Positions 1 through 9,229 of a DNA stretch of 32,093 nucleotides are shown here, piece after piece. How positions within the stretch are numbered: position 1 is the stretch's first letter; every line of letters begins with the position of its first letter. Both the position numbers and the translations under genes were made by a program. A model generated the notes under the pieces. The model made no database searches. It saw only the letters and a program-made list of their open reading frames with translations, and was not told the DNA's origin. This DNA is from a virus (Duplodnaviria > Caudoviricetes), in the IMG/VR virus record IMGVR_UViG_3300016467_000679, positions 1 to 32,093 of that record. One strand, given 5' to 3'.

Positions 1-140
1 TGCTCGGTTGGTTGATCAACCTGTGAAGTCGCTTGGTCGCGGATTTTTGCAATCAAGGCATCAACTTGAACGTAAGGCATCTGACCCAATGCGGTAAGAA
101 CCCCATTTACTTCATTGATTTCCAGTTTTAACTCAATCAT
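1..140 (-). CDS. Small phage protein, truncated by window edge (MIELKLEINEVNGVLTALGQMPYVQVDALIAKIRDQA...)
   Basis: ATG at 140 preceded by AAGGGG; frame open to position 1; follows the tail-fibre-associated gene. Not in the ORF track. Confidence 0.7.
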   Translation of the reverse strand, partial: MIELKLEINEVNGVLTALGQMPYVQVDALIAKIRDQATSQVDQPTE

Positions 141-151
141 GTTTTTCCCCT

Positions 152-484
152 TCATGCGGCCCAAGGCGCTGATTTCGTAATGGTTTTCGGGTTGATTTGA
201 TCTGCAATCATTTGATCCAAGGTTTCCTGCAATGCGGTAACGGCATCAACTCCCATACCAGCCTCTACCCATGCTTGCGCTTGCTCCGGGGTAATTTGAT
301 CAAACGGAGTAAATGGATCGCTCGGGCCTTGCGTGACCGCTTGCGTGTTGTAGATGCTCACAACATGGCCATTCCCATCATCAGCCGTGCAACGCCAATG
401 AATGTTGAAAACAACATCTGTCAAAGAGGCTTCGGTGGGATAACAATCGAAAGCAGGAAAATCCCAAGTGTAGGTATTGGGCAT
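152..484 (-). CDS. Tail-fibre-associated small protein
   Basis: Starts 1 nt after the tail fibre stop. The pattern 'TYTW...DVVFNIHW...FTPFDQIT...WV...PW' is typical of small genes following S74-type fibres. Confidence 0.75.
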   Translation of the reverse strand: MPNTYTWDFPAFDCYPTEASLTDVVFNIHWRCTADDGNGHVVSIYNTQAVTQGPSDPFTPFDQITPEQAQAWVEAGMGVDAVTALQETLDQMIADQINPKTITKSAPWAA

Positions 485-485
485 A

Positions 486-3400
486 TCAATGCACCTTCTG
501 TTTGAGTTCGTTGAGTTCAGCGGAGAGTTCTTGCACTGCCTTCACTAATACAGATACCATGCGGTCATAGCTAACAGCATCTGGCCTACCTTCTGAATCA
601 AGCGGAACAAGCTCTGGGATAACATCAAATACTTCTTCGGCAATCAAACCAACATCGGTTCGACCATCGCTTTTGTATTCAAACATTGCAGAACGAAGTT
701 GAAGAACATCACCCAATCCGTAGACGGAATCTCTGATGTTGTTTTTATAGCGAGCAGACGATGTGTCGTAAGTAAATGCGTTATTACTGGTATTGTATTT
801 TAGTGCATTCGTCCCTGCTCCGGCAGTTATACCGCTAGTAACATAAAGTTGAGAGCATCTTAAATCTAATGGGACATTTGCTGTGTTATTTTCGTTTATC
901 GCATTAAGCGTTACTGAGCCAGATATCGCAACAGATGCTTGAACACCAAACGCTATATTTGTTCCGGCCAGCACCTTAAATTTGCCGCCAGCAGCCACTG
1001 TTGTGCCTAGTTGTAGTTGCCCGGAGGAGTCGATGCGCATTTTCTCAGACGGTGCGCTATTAAGCGTTGTGCTAGTGGCAAATATCAGAGTACCTGTTGG
1101 GTATTGATTGTTTGTTCTTGCCCCGTATTGGCACGCTATCCACGCGCTAGAATATTGGGAAGCGCTTGCGCCTGTAATTGCCGCGAAGTTAAGCTGAGAT
1201 ACGTTGTTAGTTGTCGTGTCACTGTTTGAAATAGTGATCGCGTTTGTGCTTGATCCGGGGGTTGTGGCTGAACTTGCGCTCTGAACCACTAAAGGCCTAG
1301 CAGCGGCTACGCTGTCGTACACATTATTAACACTCGTCCCAACCAACAAATTCCCAGAGGAGTCGATGCGGACGCGTTCGGTGTTATTTGTTTCAAACGA
1401 GATATAACTTGCGTAGGGGACTTTAAGCGTAAGTTGTGCATAATTCGCTGTTACATCAGTCCCATTAGCGCCAACCAAAACACCGCCCAAGTTTGCCGCA
1501 GCAGCTCCTGTTGCTGCCCCAAGGTCAAGACGGTATGCAGGAGAAGTCGTTCCAATGCCTAGCCGCCCACTCGCGTCCAGCGTCATCGCCTGAGTGCCGT
1601 TGATGTAGTAATTAAACCCTGCATAAGAAGCAAGGCCCATCTTGGCGCTCAAGCCTGATGACGTAGATCCTGTAGTCGGCGCACTGCTGTAAATACCCCA
1701 AATTGCCGGATAGCCTCCAATAGTAGTACTGCTAACAGAATCACCATCAAGCAGAAAGCCTAAATGTCTGGGCGTGGATGTATTTGATGAGCTTCTAAAT
1801 ATGTCTATCCCAGAATAGTTCCAGTTTAGCGTTGATTTAAAAATTCCTTGCCCATTTGCATTAAATGAATACGATGCTTGTGGGGATGCTCCACAGCACA
1901 ATACGCTTCCGTTTACATTCAGCATATATCCAGACGGGCTTGTCGTCCCAATGCCCATATTTCCGGATGAGTCGATTACCAACTTATCAGAGTAGCTGCT
2001 TCCGGGAGTTTGAATAGCGAACACACCATTAGACGCACCCAAATAAACGGAAGATCCAGAAGCGTCTTTGAGTTGTAGATATACCCCATTCGAGCCAGTT
2101 CGCTCAAATAACGTCGGCGTGCTTCCAGTACCAGAAACATGAAGTTTCGTCGCGGGCGAACTCGTCCCAATGCCGACATTGCCAGAGGTGTCTTTATAGA
2201 ACTGCCCGGAGCCGATGTTGATGACGCCAGTGCTGCCGGTAAAACCGTTGATCGTGGGATTTGTCAGGGTTTTGTTTGATAACGTTTCAGTTCCGCTTGG
2301 TGAAACGTAATCTGTACCTGAGCCAGCTAATGCGATTGCTGTTCCATTTCCTTTGAGCAGTCCTGTGATATTCGTAGTAGTCGAAGTTGTTACAGTATTT
2401 GGACCATTAGCCCCTTGAGGAATAGTGAAGTTCAGTACCGCCGCGCTGCTGGTTCCTGAATTAGTTACTGATACGGATGATCCTGCAGCCCCAGTCGTGA
2501 CTGTTCCAACGGCAATAGTTGCAGCGCTTCCCGTCGCCCCAGTGGCTCCGGCTGGCCCGGTATTCCCGGTCGCTCCTTGAGGGATGGTGAAATTGAGGAT
2601 CGCTGCGCTTGATGTGCCTGCGTTTATTACCGAAGCTGAGGATCCTGCCGCACCCGTTGTCGTTGTTCCTACTGCAACAGTTGCTGCAGCGCCTGGAGAT
2701 CCAGTTGCGCCAGTCGCCCCCGTCGCCCCTGGAGGTCCGACCAGAGAAGTTGCTGAACCCCACCCACCTGTGGCTTTCGGTCCATAAATGGTGTTGGCAG
2801 TCGTATCGACGTAGAAATCGCCAATTTGCCCGGTTCCTGATGATGGTGCGCCAGATCCATTCCAAATCGTCCGGCCATCTGTTCCAGGTGAACCGGTAGC
2901 CCCAGTTGGCCCGACGTCGCCCCTCGGAATAGTGAAATTCAACGTAGCAGCAGAACTGGTCCCCGAATTGGTGACAGTTGCTGATGATCCCGGAGAACCC
3001 GTTGTAACTGTCCCGACTGCTACTGTTGCCGCGCTCCCGGTATCGCCTTTGGCCCCGGTTGCGCCGGTATCACCCTTAGGAATGGTGAAATTCAGGACTG
3101 GGTGAGAATGGGTTCCGGTGTTGGTGACTAAAGCAGAAGTCCCTGCTGCACCTGTAGTCGTGGTTCCCACGCTAACTTCGGTGATGAATTCTTTCCAGCT
3201 TTCAGAATTGAAAGTGCAGGCCACAATTGTGGTGCCGACCAAACTGATCGGACTTGGCGAGGTATTGTCGTAAACGCCATTGACCAGCGTCGCGTGAATC
3301 GTTCCTCTACTGAGCGTGTTATTCGTGTAGTTGAATGTGCCAATCCCACATTCCCTGCTGCCATTTTGGGAAAGCAATGAATACCAGACGTCACCGCTTG

Positions 3401-3515
3401 ACTGCAGGCCCCCTTTGAAATCGGTATAACCATCAAGAGCCGTGCCGAGAGTGACAATCCCGGTCCCGGTCGTCGTGGTTTGACAAAGGATCCAATCAGC
3501 AACAGGTGTATCCAT
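486..3515 (-). CDS. Tail fibre with collagen-like repeats and C-terminal intramolecular chaperone (Peptidase S74-like)
   Basis: Gly-X-Y tracts, repeated GNVGIGT/RIDSSG shaft motifs, and the C-terminal SSARYKNNI...GLIAEEV...LVKAVQEL. Start moved to the ATG at 3515 (TGATG coupling with the upstream gene). Confidence 0.9.
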   Translation of the reverse strand: MDTPVADWILCQTTTTGTGIVTLGTALDGYTDFKGGLQSSGDVWYSLLSQNGSRECGIGTFNYTNNTLSRGTIHATLVNGVYDNTSPSPISLVGTTIVACTFNSESWKEFITEVSVGTTTTGAAGTSALVTNTGTHSHPVLNFTIPKGDTGATGAKGDTGSAATVAVGTVTTGSPGSSATVTNSGTSSAATLNFTIPRGDVGPTGATGSPGTDGRTIWNGSGAPSSGTGQIGDFYVDTTANTIYGPKATGGWGSATSLVGPPGATGATGATGSPGAAATVAVGTTTTGAAGSSASVINAGTSSAAILNFTIPQGATGNTGPAGATGATGSAATIAVGTVTTGAAGSSVSVTNSGTSSAAVLNFTIPQGANGPNTVTTSTTTNITGLLKGNGTAIALAGSGTDYVSPSGTETLSNKTLTNPTINGFTGSTGVINIGSGQFYKDTSGNVGIGTSSPATKLHVSGTGSTPTLFERTGSNGVYLQLKDASGSSVYLGASNGVFAIQTPGSSYSDKLVIDSSGNMGIGTTSPSGYMLNVNGSVLCCGASPQASYSFNANGQGIFKSTLNWNYSGIDIFRSSSNTSTPRHLGFLLDGDSVSSTTIGGYPAIWGIYSSAPTTGSTSSGLSAKMGLASYAGFNYYINGTQAMTLDASGRLGIGTTSPAYRLDLGAATGAAAANLGGVLVGANGTDVTANYAQLTLKVPYASYISFETNNTERVRIDSSGNLLVGTSVNNVYDSVAAARPLVVQSASSATTPGSSTNAITISNSDTTTNNVSQLNFAAITGASASQYSSAWIACQYGARTNNQYPTGTLIFATSTTLNSAPSEKMRIDSSGQLQLGTTVAAGGKFKVLAGTNIAFGVQASVAISGSVTLNAINENNTANVPLDLRCSQLYVTSGITAGAGTNALKYNTSNNAFTYDTSSARYKNNIRDSVYGLGDVLQLRSAMFEYKSDGRTDVGLIAEEVFDVIPELVPLDSEGRPDAVSYDRMVSVLVKAVQELSAELNELKQKVH
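2411..3181 (-). repeat. Four coding repeats (VGTxTTGxxGxSxxVxNxGTxSxxxLNFTIPxG) separated by collagen-like linkers
   Basis: Seen in the translation; the LNFTIP motif occurs four times. Confidence 0.85.
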
Positions 3516-4123
3516 CAGAGGAGCCTCACTGACATAGTTGGGCCGGACCAGCGATCCCACGAATCCTCAAGATCCATATCGGCCAGGGTCTGCCTAAAAC
3601 GGCCATCCCAAAGGGCTGCAGCATCTGCATCCTTTACGAATGTGTTGATCTCAACTAAAAGACCTTGGATGTAGGCATCTGGGCTGATCTTGGACAGCCA
3701 GTTCTCGGTCGCGGTCGATGAAAGGGGAATGATCCGCTGGTAATAGAGGATCTCGATGACCTGGTTGCCACCCTGCGGCCAGACGCGAATCGAGTTACCA
3801 ATAATCGTGTATGCCGGGGTTACTCCGCTGGAATTGATGTGCAATGACAAGGCTTCAGGAGCCATGAACTGCAGGGTCTGACGATTGTTGTCGACCACAA
3901 TTTCAATATCCCTAAGCCCCGCAAAGTCATCAGGAAGACCGTAAAATTCCTGGCCTTCCGTCGTTACGATCTGAGCCCGTTTGGATTGCATGCGGGTTTG
4001 TAGGACGCGATTGACCCGTGCCTCTACGACGCGCAAGAACTTGTCGATCCGAGATGCCACTTCCGTGGAATCCGTGCGATCTGCGTAAGCCAGAGCAGTA
4101 TCGACAATGTCCGAATAATTCAT
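3515..4123 (-). CDS. Head-tail adaptor protein
   Basis: N-terminus MNYSDIVDTALAYADRTD, then LPDDF and NWLS...PDAY motifs typical of podovirus adaptors; lies after the capsid genes. Confidence 0.75.
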   Translation of the reverse strand: MNYSDIVDTALAYADRTDSTEVASRIDKFLRVVEARVNRVLQTRMQSKRAQIVTTEGQEFYGLPDDFAGLRDIEIVVDNNRQTLQFMAPEALSLHINSSGVTPAYTIIGNSIRVWPQGGNQVIEILYYQRIIPLSSTATENWLSKISPDAYIQGLLVEINTFVKDADAAALWDGRFRQTLADMDLEDSWDRWSGPTMSVRLL

Positions 4124-4452
4124 GACAGCGCCACACCATTGAAGTATTTCTCCTTCTTTTCATGAAGGAGACAGGGCTTGCCATCGTCTGATTTAAGGAA
4201 ACGGAAGATCTCCCGTTCCGCAACTTCAGGATCAGGGTGATTCATGGCATAACCCGCCCGAATCCCTGCCTCCCATAAATTCATGGGGATTGAGGCCAAT
4301 TGACGGCCAAATGACAGGTCACCCATCAGATCGTTGTTACGGATCGTTGCATTCCGCTCAAGGATCAATCCTTCAGTCGGTTGCGTTCGAACCGTTGTCA
4401 AAGTGTCGTCGTGGGCCTGATAGTGGACCGTCTGTTTAATGACCTCATCCAT
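4120..4452 (-). CDS. Hypothetical head-region protein
   Basis: ATGA overlap with the adaptor gene; position in the head operon. Confidence 0.75.
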   Translation of the reverse strand: MDEVIKQTVHYQAHDDTLTTVRTQPTEGLILERNATIRNNDLMGDLSFGRQLASIPMNLWEAGIRAGYAMNHPDPEVAEREIFRFLKSDDGKPCLLHEKKEKYFNGVALS

Positions 4453-4454
4453 TT

Positions 4455-4664
4455 TTAATCCTCTAGCACTTCTTCCGACTTGGGCTTGCTGGCTTTTTTG
4501 CCGGTGTCTTGCTTGGTTTCTTTTGCATCTTCGATCTCCAGATGGTCACCCAGCGCGATGGCTTCGCTTCTGGGAATTTCCATCACATCGCCAGGCTGGG
4601 CGATGCCCCTGGACAGGCACACGGCCCGTCCAGAGGTGTTTTTCGCCTTGACCAGTTCGGTCAT
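4455..4664 (-). CDS. Small head-associated protein
   Basis: TAATG coupling with the capsid gene; charged C-terminus. Confidence 0.7.
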   Translation of the reverse strand: MTELVKAKNTSGRAVCLSRGIAQPGDVMEIPRSEAIALGDHLEIEDAKETKQDTGKKASKPKSEEVLED

Positions 4665-5710
4665 TAAGCAACCATGTCGAGAGCGATGTTGACGTCGCCG
4701 ACGAGGCCATGAGCCTTTTCAGTGCCAACAACCAGAGACCAGTCGACGCTGATCTGACGCTTCTCAGAAAGACCCGTCTTTGCCAGATCTTCCATGCGGT
4801 AACCCTTGAGGTAACCGAGCTGGACATAGGCCGGGTCAAGGATGAAGACGTCAGCGCAAGTTGCACCGCTGATGGTGTAGGTCGGCTGCAGACGATTCGG
4901 GATCGCACGGATGGTTCCGAAGTCGGTCACGAACACGTTGACAGAGCCCAGTGCAGTGGCTGCTTCACCCGCCTGCCCTTTCTCGATGTACTGAGTGATC
5001 GGAGCGGTCGCGCCCTTGCTTGCGATCATGTACTGAGAGAACTTCGAGATCAGACCAGGAACGGTCATCATCACGGAGGGGTCGCCACCCTGCTGGTAAA
5101 CGCTCTGAATGGTGTCGCGAATGTTCGCTTCACTCAGAGCTCGGCCAGAGGAAGCCACGGTGCGAGCCGTGGTCAGCTTGGTTGAGGTGTTGAAACCGCC
5201 AACCGCTGAACCGGTGCCGCCCTTGACGGAAGTGGTGATCCAAGAAGGAAGACCACCGACCTTACCGGCAACCGTGTTGCCATCATCGGCGACAGAGGCC
5301 TGGTTGAGCAGCGCGATCGCGTCAACGTCTCGACGGAGTTCCTGCTGGCGCATCATGACCTGATAGCTCAGTTCACGGCTACGGCCAATGACGTTGCTAT
5401 TGTCTGCACGGGTAGAAACCGCCACGATCTTGCGAGAGATCTGGTGGTGGTTACCGACGCGGGTGCCGACATGGGTGTCGTTGCCAGAGGCATCCGCACC
5501 GTCGACGACAGCGTTTGCCGTGTTAGGAGCCTGGAGTGAATCCTGGGTCCATTCGGTGTATTCCTGGTTGGTTGAAGCTGAACCCACCAGGTCAGAGAAC
5601 GGAAGCGGGATCTTTGAAATGTTGAAGATCCGATCCATTACGTCTTCATGGATCAGGCCACCAGAAAGTGCGCCCTTCAAATCGGCGCTGGTTTCTACTG
5701 AAGATGACAT
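4664..5710 (-). CDS. Major capsid protein (DUF5309/SU10-like)
   Basis: Motifs EWTQDSL, RVGNHHQISRK, YQVMMRQQELRRDVD, FVTDFG and LAKTG; lies downstream of the scaffold. Confidence 0.88.
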   Translation of the reverse strand: MSSSVETSADLKGALSGGLIHEDVMDRIFNISKIPLPFSDLVGSASTNQEYTEWTQDSLQAPNTANAVVDGADASGNDTHVGTRVGNHHQISRKIVAVSTRADNSNVIGRSRELSYQVMMRQQELRRDVDAIALLNQASVADDGNTVAGKVGGLPSWITTSVKGGTGSAVGGFNTSTKLTTARTVASSGRALSEANIRDTIQSVYQQGGDPSVMMTVPGLISKFSQYMIASKGATAPITQYIEKGQAGEAATALGSVNVFVTDFGTIRAIPNRLQPTYTISGATCADVFILDPAYVQLGYLKGYRMEDLAKTGLSEKRQISVDWSLVVGTEKAHGLVGDVNIALDMVA

Positions 5711-5734
5711 TTGAGTTTCCTCGTTCGGTTTGGG

Positions 5735-6805
5735 TTAACCGCCAGACGTCAGCAACTCATGGACCGCGTCAGCTTGAAGCCTTCGTTTGGTCGCACCCGT
5801 CGCTTTGTTGGCGTTGAGAGTCAGTTGGGTGAGCTTTGACATCGGTTTGCCTGACCGACCCCCCTTAACGAACCGATTCGGAGCCTGTTCCAGCTTCTTA
5901 TCCGCAAATGCTTTGCCGTTGCGGTAAGCCATGGCGTCCTTGAGGATCTCGATGTGCCGCGCATCGTCGAGATACGCGAACTCTTCGGGAGTCACCCCAT
6001 AGGTCTTGGCGACAAAGTCACTCATGGCGTTCATATCTGCCTCAAGCTTCTTGGGATCAGCCCATGCAGGGTTGTTCTCAAGGGTTCGCTCATATTGCGA
6101 GGCGAGATACTGTTGACGCTTCTGCTGAAACTCCTGGTTCGCTTCGGCTTCAAGTTGCTGGCGTTCGACTTGCAATGCGGATCTCAGGCTATCGAGCTGT
6201 CCCTTTCGGGCTTCGTAGTCTTTGATCAGTGCCGCATACTCGCCGGGGTTTTCTGCCCTCAACTTGTCCCAATCGACCCGCTTGAAGTCGTTCAGTAGTG
6301 CGTCATGCTGGATGGCCGTCAGTCGGTCGTGCAATTGGAGCCGTTCTTGAAGCTCATGCGATACCGCTGCTCGGGTTTGCTCGAAGTGCCGACGCTCTTC
6401 AGCGAGCGCTTGCGACTTCTGCGTGTAGTTACGCCCTGCGGACAAGCCCGTTTTGAGCTCTTCCATCGTGGCGTGGGAAATCTCACCATCGACTTTGACT
6501 GCGATACGGAACTGGCCGTCTTCGCCGATCAAAACGTCTTTGGCAGGAATCCCGAGTGCTTCAGCCAGGATCGCGGCGTCCTCTTCGGAATAGCCCTGTG
6601 ATCCTTCGCCTTCGCCCTCTTCCCCAGACTCTGCGCCCTCACCCTCACCCGTCGAAGCTTCGATGTTTCCCTGTGTCGGGGTCTCAACTTCTGGTCTTCT
6701 GGGTTCGTCGTTCGTCTGCTCTGAACCACCCTGCAAAAGCTGGGTGATCTGATCTACCGGATCAACTCTCTCCCCTGAGGGGTTGGAGGTGGTTGTCTCA
6801 GTCAT
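5735..6805 (-). CDS. Capsid scaffolding protein
   Basis: Acidic disordered N-terminus, VKVDGE...EEL...YTQKSQALAEERR motif, coiled coil; between portal and capsid. Confidence 0.8.
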   Translation of the reverse strand: MTETTTSNPSGERVDPVDQITQLLQGGSEQTNDEPRRPEVETPTQGNIEASTGEGEGAESGEEGEGEGSQGYSEEDAAILAEALGIPAKDVLIGEDGQFRIAVKVDGEISHATMEELKTGLSAGRNYTQKSQALAEERRHFEQTRAAVSHELQERLQLHDRLTAIQHDALLNDFKRVDWDKLRAENPGEYAALIKDYEARKGQLDSLRSALQVERQQLEAEANQEFQQKRQQYLASQYERTLENNPAWADPKKLEADMNAMSDFVAKTYGVTPEEFAYLDDARHIEILKDAMAYRNGKAFADKKLEQAPNRFVKGGRSGKPMSKLTQLTLNANKATGATKRRLQADAVHELLTSGG

Positions 6806-7076
6806 TCAAAACCTCATCGGTTGGTTTTTTGGGGACTAACTTGGTCCCAGTATCGATGTCGCTCTGGATCGCGATTTCCATGTCGGTGATCGCGGCATGA
6901 GCGAACTTGAGCCGGGTCAGTTCGTCGGTTTGCCTTGGGTCACATGCCAGGAAGGCCTGGTAAATCGCCTCCTTTCGGGATTCAAGGAATTCCCCGAGAT
7001 AGAGGTCCAGGGCCTGCTGGGCACGTTTTGCCCTTTGCTTCTCCTGCTCGATCTTGAATTCGATTTCCTGACTCAT
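6798..7076 (-). CDS. Hypothetical protein
   Basis: Overlaps the portal stop and scaffold start; helical composition. Confidence 0.75.
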   Translation of the reverse strand: MSQEIEFKIEQEKQRAKRAQQALDLYLGEFLESRKEAIYQAFLACDPRQTDELTRLKFAHAAITDMEIAIQSDIDTGTKLVPKKPTDEVLND

Positions 7077-9229
7077 GCGTACTCCCTCGATTCGGCTTCA
7101 TTGGGCCCTTCGGTTTCACGGGACTCGTTTTCGCCGGGAAGCTCTGATTCGATGAGCTCGTTGTTCATTTCGAAGTTTTCGTCCTGGTCTGTGCCGGACG
7201 ATGCTTCGATCTGGGTCAGCTTGACGGCCGTATCCATGACGACCTTGAACTTGTTGAGCTCGCGATCGGCATCCTTGCCGGCGGCTTCCGCCAGGGTCTT
7301 GGCGTTGGATAGCTGGGCCTTAAGGGATTCGATCTGATGCGTGAGTTGCAACTTCTGCTCCTCGTACTGAGCACGAAGGACAGCGTTCTGTTGCTGGGCC
7401 TGGGCTTTGCCCATTTCGGCATCGGCAAGTTTTTGCTGGAACTGGAGTTCCTGAAGTTGCTGCTGCAGCTGCTGCTGCTGTTGTTGCTGCATCTGTTGGG
7501 CTGCAGCCTGAGCGGCCTGCTGTCCTTGCGGCGAATTGGGGTCCATGAAATAACGGCTGGCCCCATCGAGCTCGCCGTATTTGGCCAAGTCATCAAGGGC
7601 TGAATAGACCTTTGACGGATCGACCAGCGCTTGCCCTGAGATTTGCTGAATTTGCGACTGGATTTGAAGGATCTGCTGGATCACACCCATGCGGCGGGAG
7701 TTGTCGCCTGATCCCGTACCGACCCGAATGGTGGTGCGCGAACGTTGAGGCCATGCGGCCGGGTTGGTCTGAACCCATTGGCCCCGGAACTTGAAGTTCT
7801 GAATAGCATCGGTGTGCTTGACCAGGAGCTCACGGACTCTGGTGTAAAGCGGCTTGATGCCGGTTTCCGCAATCACCCGGATGATGAGACCAACCAGCTC
7901 CTCTTTGGCGGACATGAGCTGTTCAACGCCCATCGAGCCGACATTGGATCCGATCTTCTGAGGCGTTGCATTGCCCTCGGGGCTGACTCCGACGCGCCCT
8001 GCCCTCACTTCATCCAGGTACTGGAGCATTGAGAAGGCATTGGAGCCGATCTGAGGAGTGGTTAGGTTCTGAACCGCATCGGCGCTCTTTGCCCGAATAA
8101 TGCCGCCAGGTCGCGAGATGAGGACATCATCGATATTGGCCATGCCCTCGACAATGATCGTCCGCTGGTTGTTCTGGTAGCTGATGTTGTCGATGGTGTT
8201 TCGAAGGAGAGCCGTCTTGATCTCCTGGATCTGACGGAGCCTGTCGTAGATGCTCAAGCCTTGGAACTTGTGCGGCATTAGGATGGCCGTGGTGGCGATC
8301 CATGGGTACTCATCGATCTCTTCGATGCTGAGGACATGCGTCGGTGTGGTATCCCCCACGACAGTGACCTTGACCTTCTCTGCGATGCCATCCTCGTCGA
8401 TATCCATCTGCATGTAGCACTCGGAAATCGCGATCAGGCGCTGGCTCGGGTCATCAGTGACGTTCTGCCCTTCCCAGACCTGTTCGCCCTGGGCCCTCAT
8501 GCGGAAAAGGGTGGGATTGATGCCGATGTACTGGCCGACTTGCTCCAGAACTTCCGGGTCATAGCCATCCTTCGCAAGATCACTGAGGGTCTTATTGACC
8601 ACATGCGCCGTAAACCGGGCCTCCTTGAGGTCGATCGAGGTGTGATCTGAGTTGTATCGGAACTGCTCTGGGGGAATCGATTCAATGACGATGCGGCCCC
8701 CTTGAGCAGGAAGCGCAAGCTTTAGGGAATAGCTGCCGTCTTCGGCTTGTTGATACTGAACGATCTCGGCGTTGGGGTTTGATAACGCGACGGTGAGCTG
8801 TTCCTGGGTAAGTCCTGTGAACTGGCTGATCTCAGGCGTCAGATTTTCTTCGTAGTAGCACTTCATCACCCCGAACTTCTGCAGCAGGGCATCGAACACG
8901 AAATCATGGATGGCAATGAATCCGTTGTTGTCCTTGGTGATGACGTCATAGACAAACTCGGTTTCAAGCTCGGCCTGCATCTCATCCTGAGGGCCTGTTG
9001 GATCGAATCGGACCACCTCGTTATTTGCAAATAGGGCCTTCATGATCTGCGGACGGATCCACTCGATGGCATCAGCGACGTCCGTGGAAATGACCTTAGA
9101 CCGTCCCTCCATCTCGGTGCCCATCGGGTTCCCGAGGTAGTAATTGAGGGCCGTCATCCACTCCTGATAGCGAATGGTGAGCGAAAGCTCCTGGCCTACC
9201 CGTGTAAGAATTGAATCGTTGTCAAGCAT
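7073..9229 (-). CDS. Portal protein with Gln-rich C-terminal helical barrel
   Basis: 718 aa directly after TerL. GRSKVISTDVADAIEWIRP and RPGGIIR motifs; long Q/A-rich coiled coil resembling the P22-type portal barrel. Confidence 0.9.
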   Translation of the reverse strand: MLDNDSILTRVGQELSLTIRYQEWMTALNYYLGNPMGTEMEGRSKVISTDVADAIEWIRPQIMKALFANNEVVRFDPTGPQDEMQAELETEFVYDVITKDNNGFIAIHDFVFDALLQKFGVMKCYYEENLTPEISQFTGLTQEQLTVALSNPNAEIVQYQQAEDGSYSLKLALPAQGGRIVIESIPPEQFRYNSDHTSIDLKEARFTAHVVNKTLSDLAKDGYDPEVLEQVGQYIGINPTLFRMRAQGEQVWEGQNVTDDPSQRLIAISECYMQMDIDEDGIAEKVKVTVVGDTTPTHVLSIEEIDEYPWIATTAILMPHKFQGLSIYDRLRQIQEIKTALLRNTIDNISYQNNQRTIIVEGMANIDDVLISRPGGIIRAKSADAVQNLTTPQIGSNAFSMLQYLDEVRAGRVGVSPEGNATPQKIGSNVGSMGVEQLMSAKEELVGLIIRVIAETGIKPLYTRVRELLVKHTDAIQNFKFRGQWVQTNPAAWPQRSRTTIRVGTGSGDNSRRMGVIQQILQIQSQIQQISGQALVDPSKVYSALDDLAKYGELDGASRYFMDPNSPQGQQAAQAAAQQMQQQQQQQLQQQLQELQFQQKLADAEMGKAQAQQQNAVLRAQYEEQKLQLTHQIESLKAQLSNAKTLAEAAGKDADRELNKFKVVMDTAVKLTQIEASSGTDQDENFEMNNELIESELPGENESRETEGPNEAESREYA

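Noticed and set aside
486-3515. Diversity-generating retroelement target
   Set aside because: No reverse transcriptase and no template/variable repeat pair is visible in this window.
7430-7530. CAG/CAA microsatellite as a phase-variable element
   Set aside because: Mixed codons encoding the Gln-rich portal barrel; not a pure repeat.
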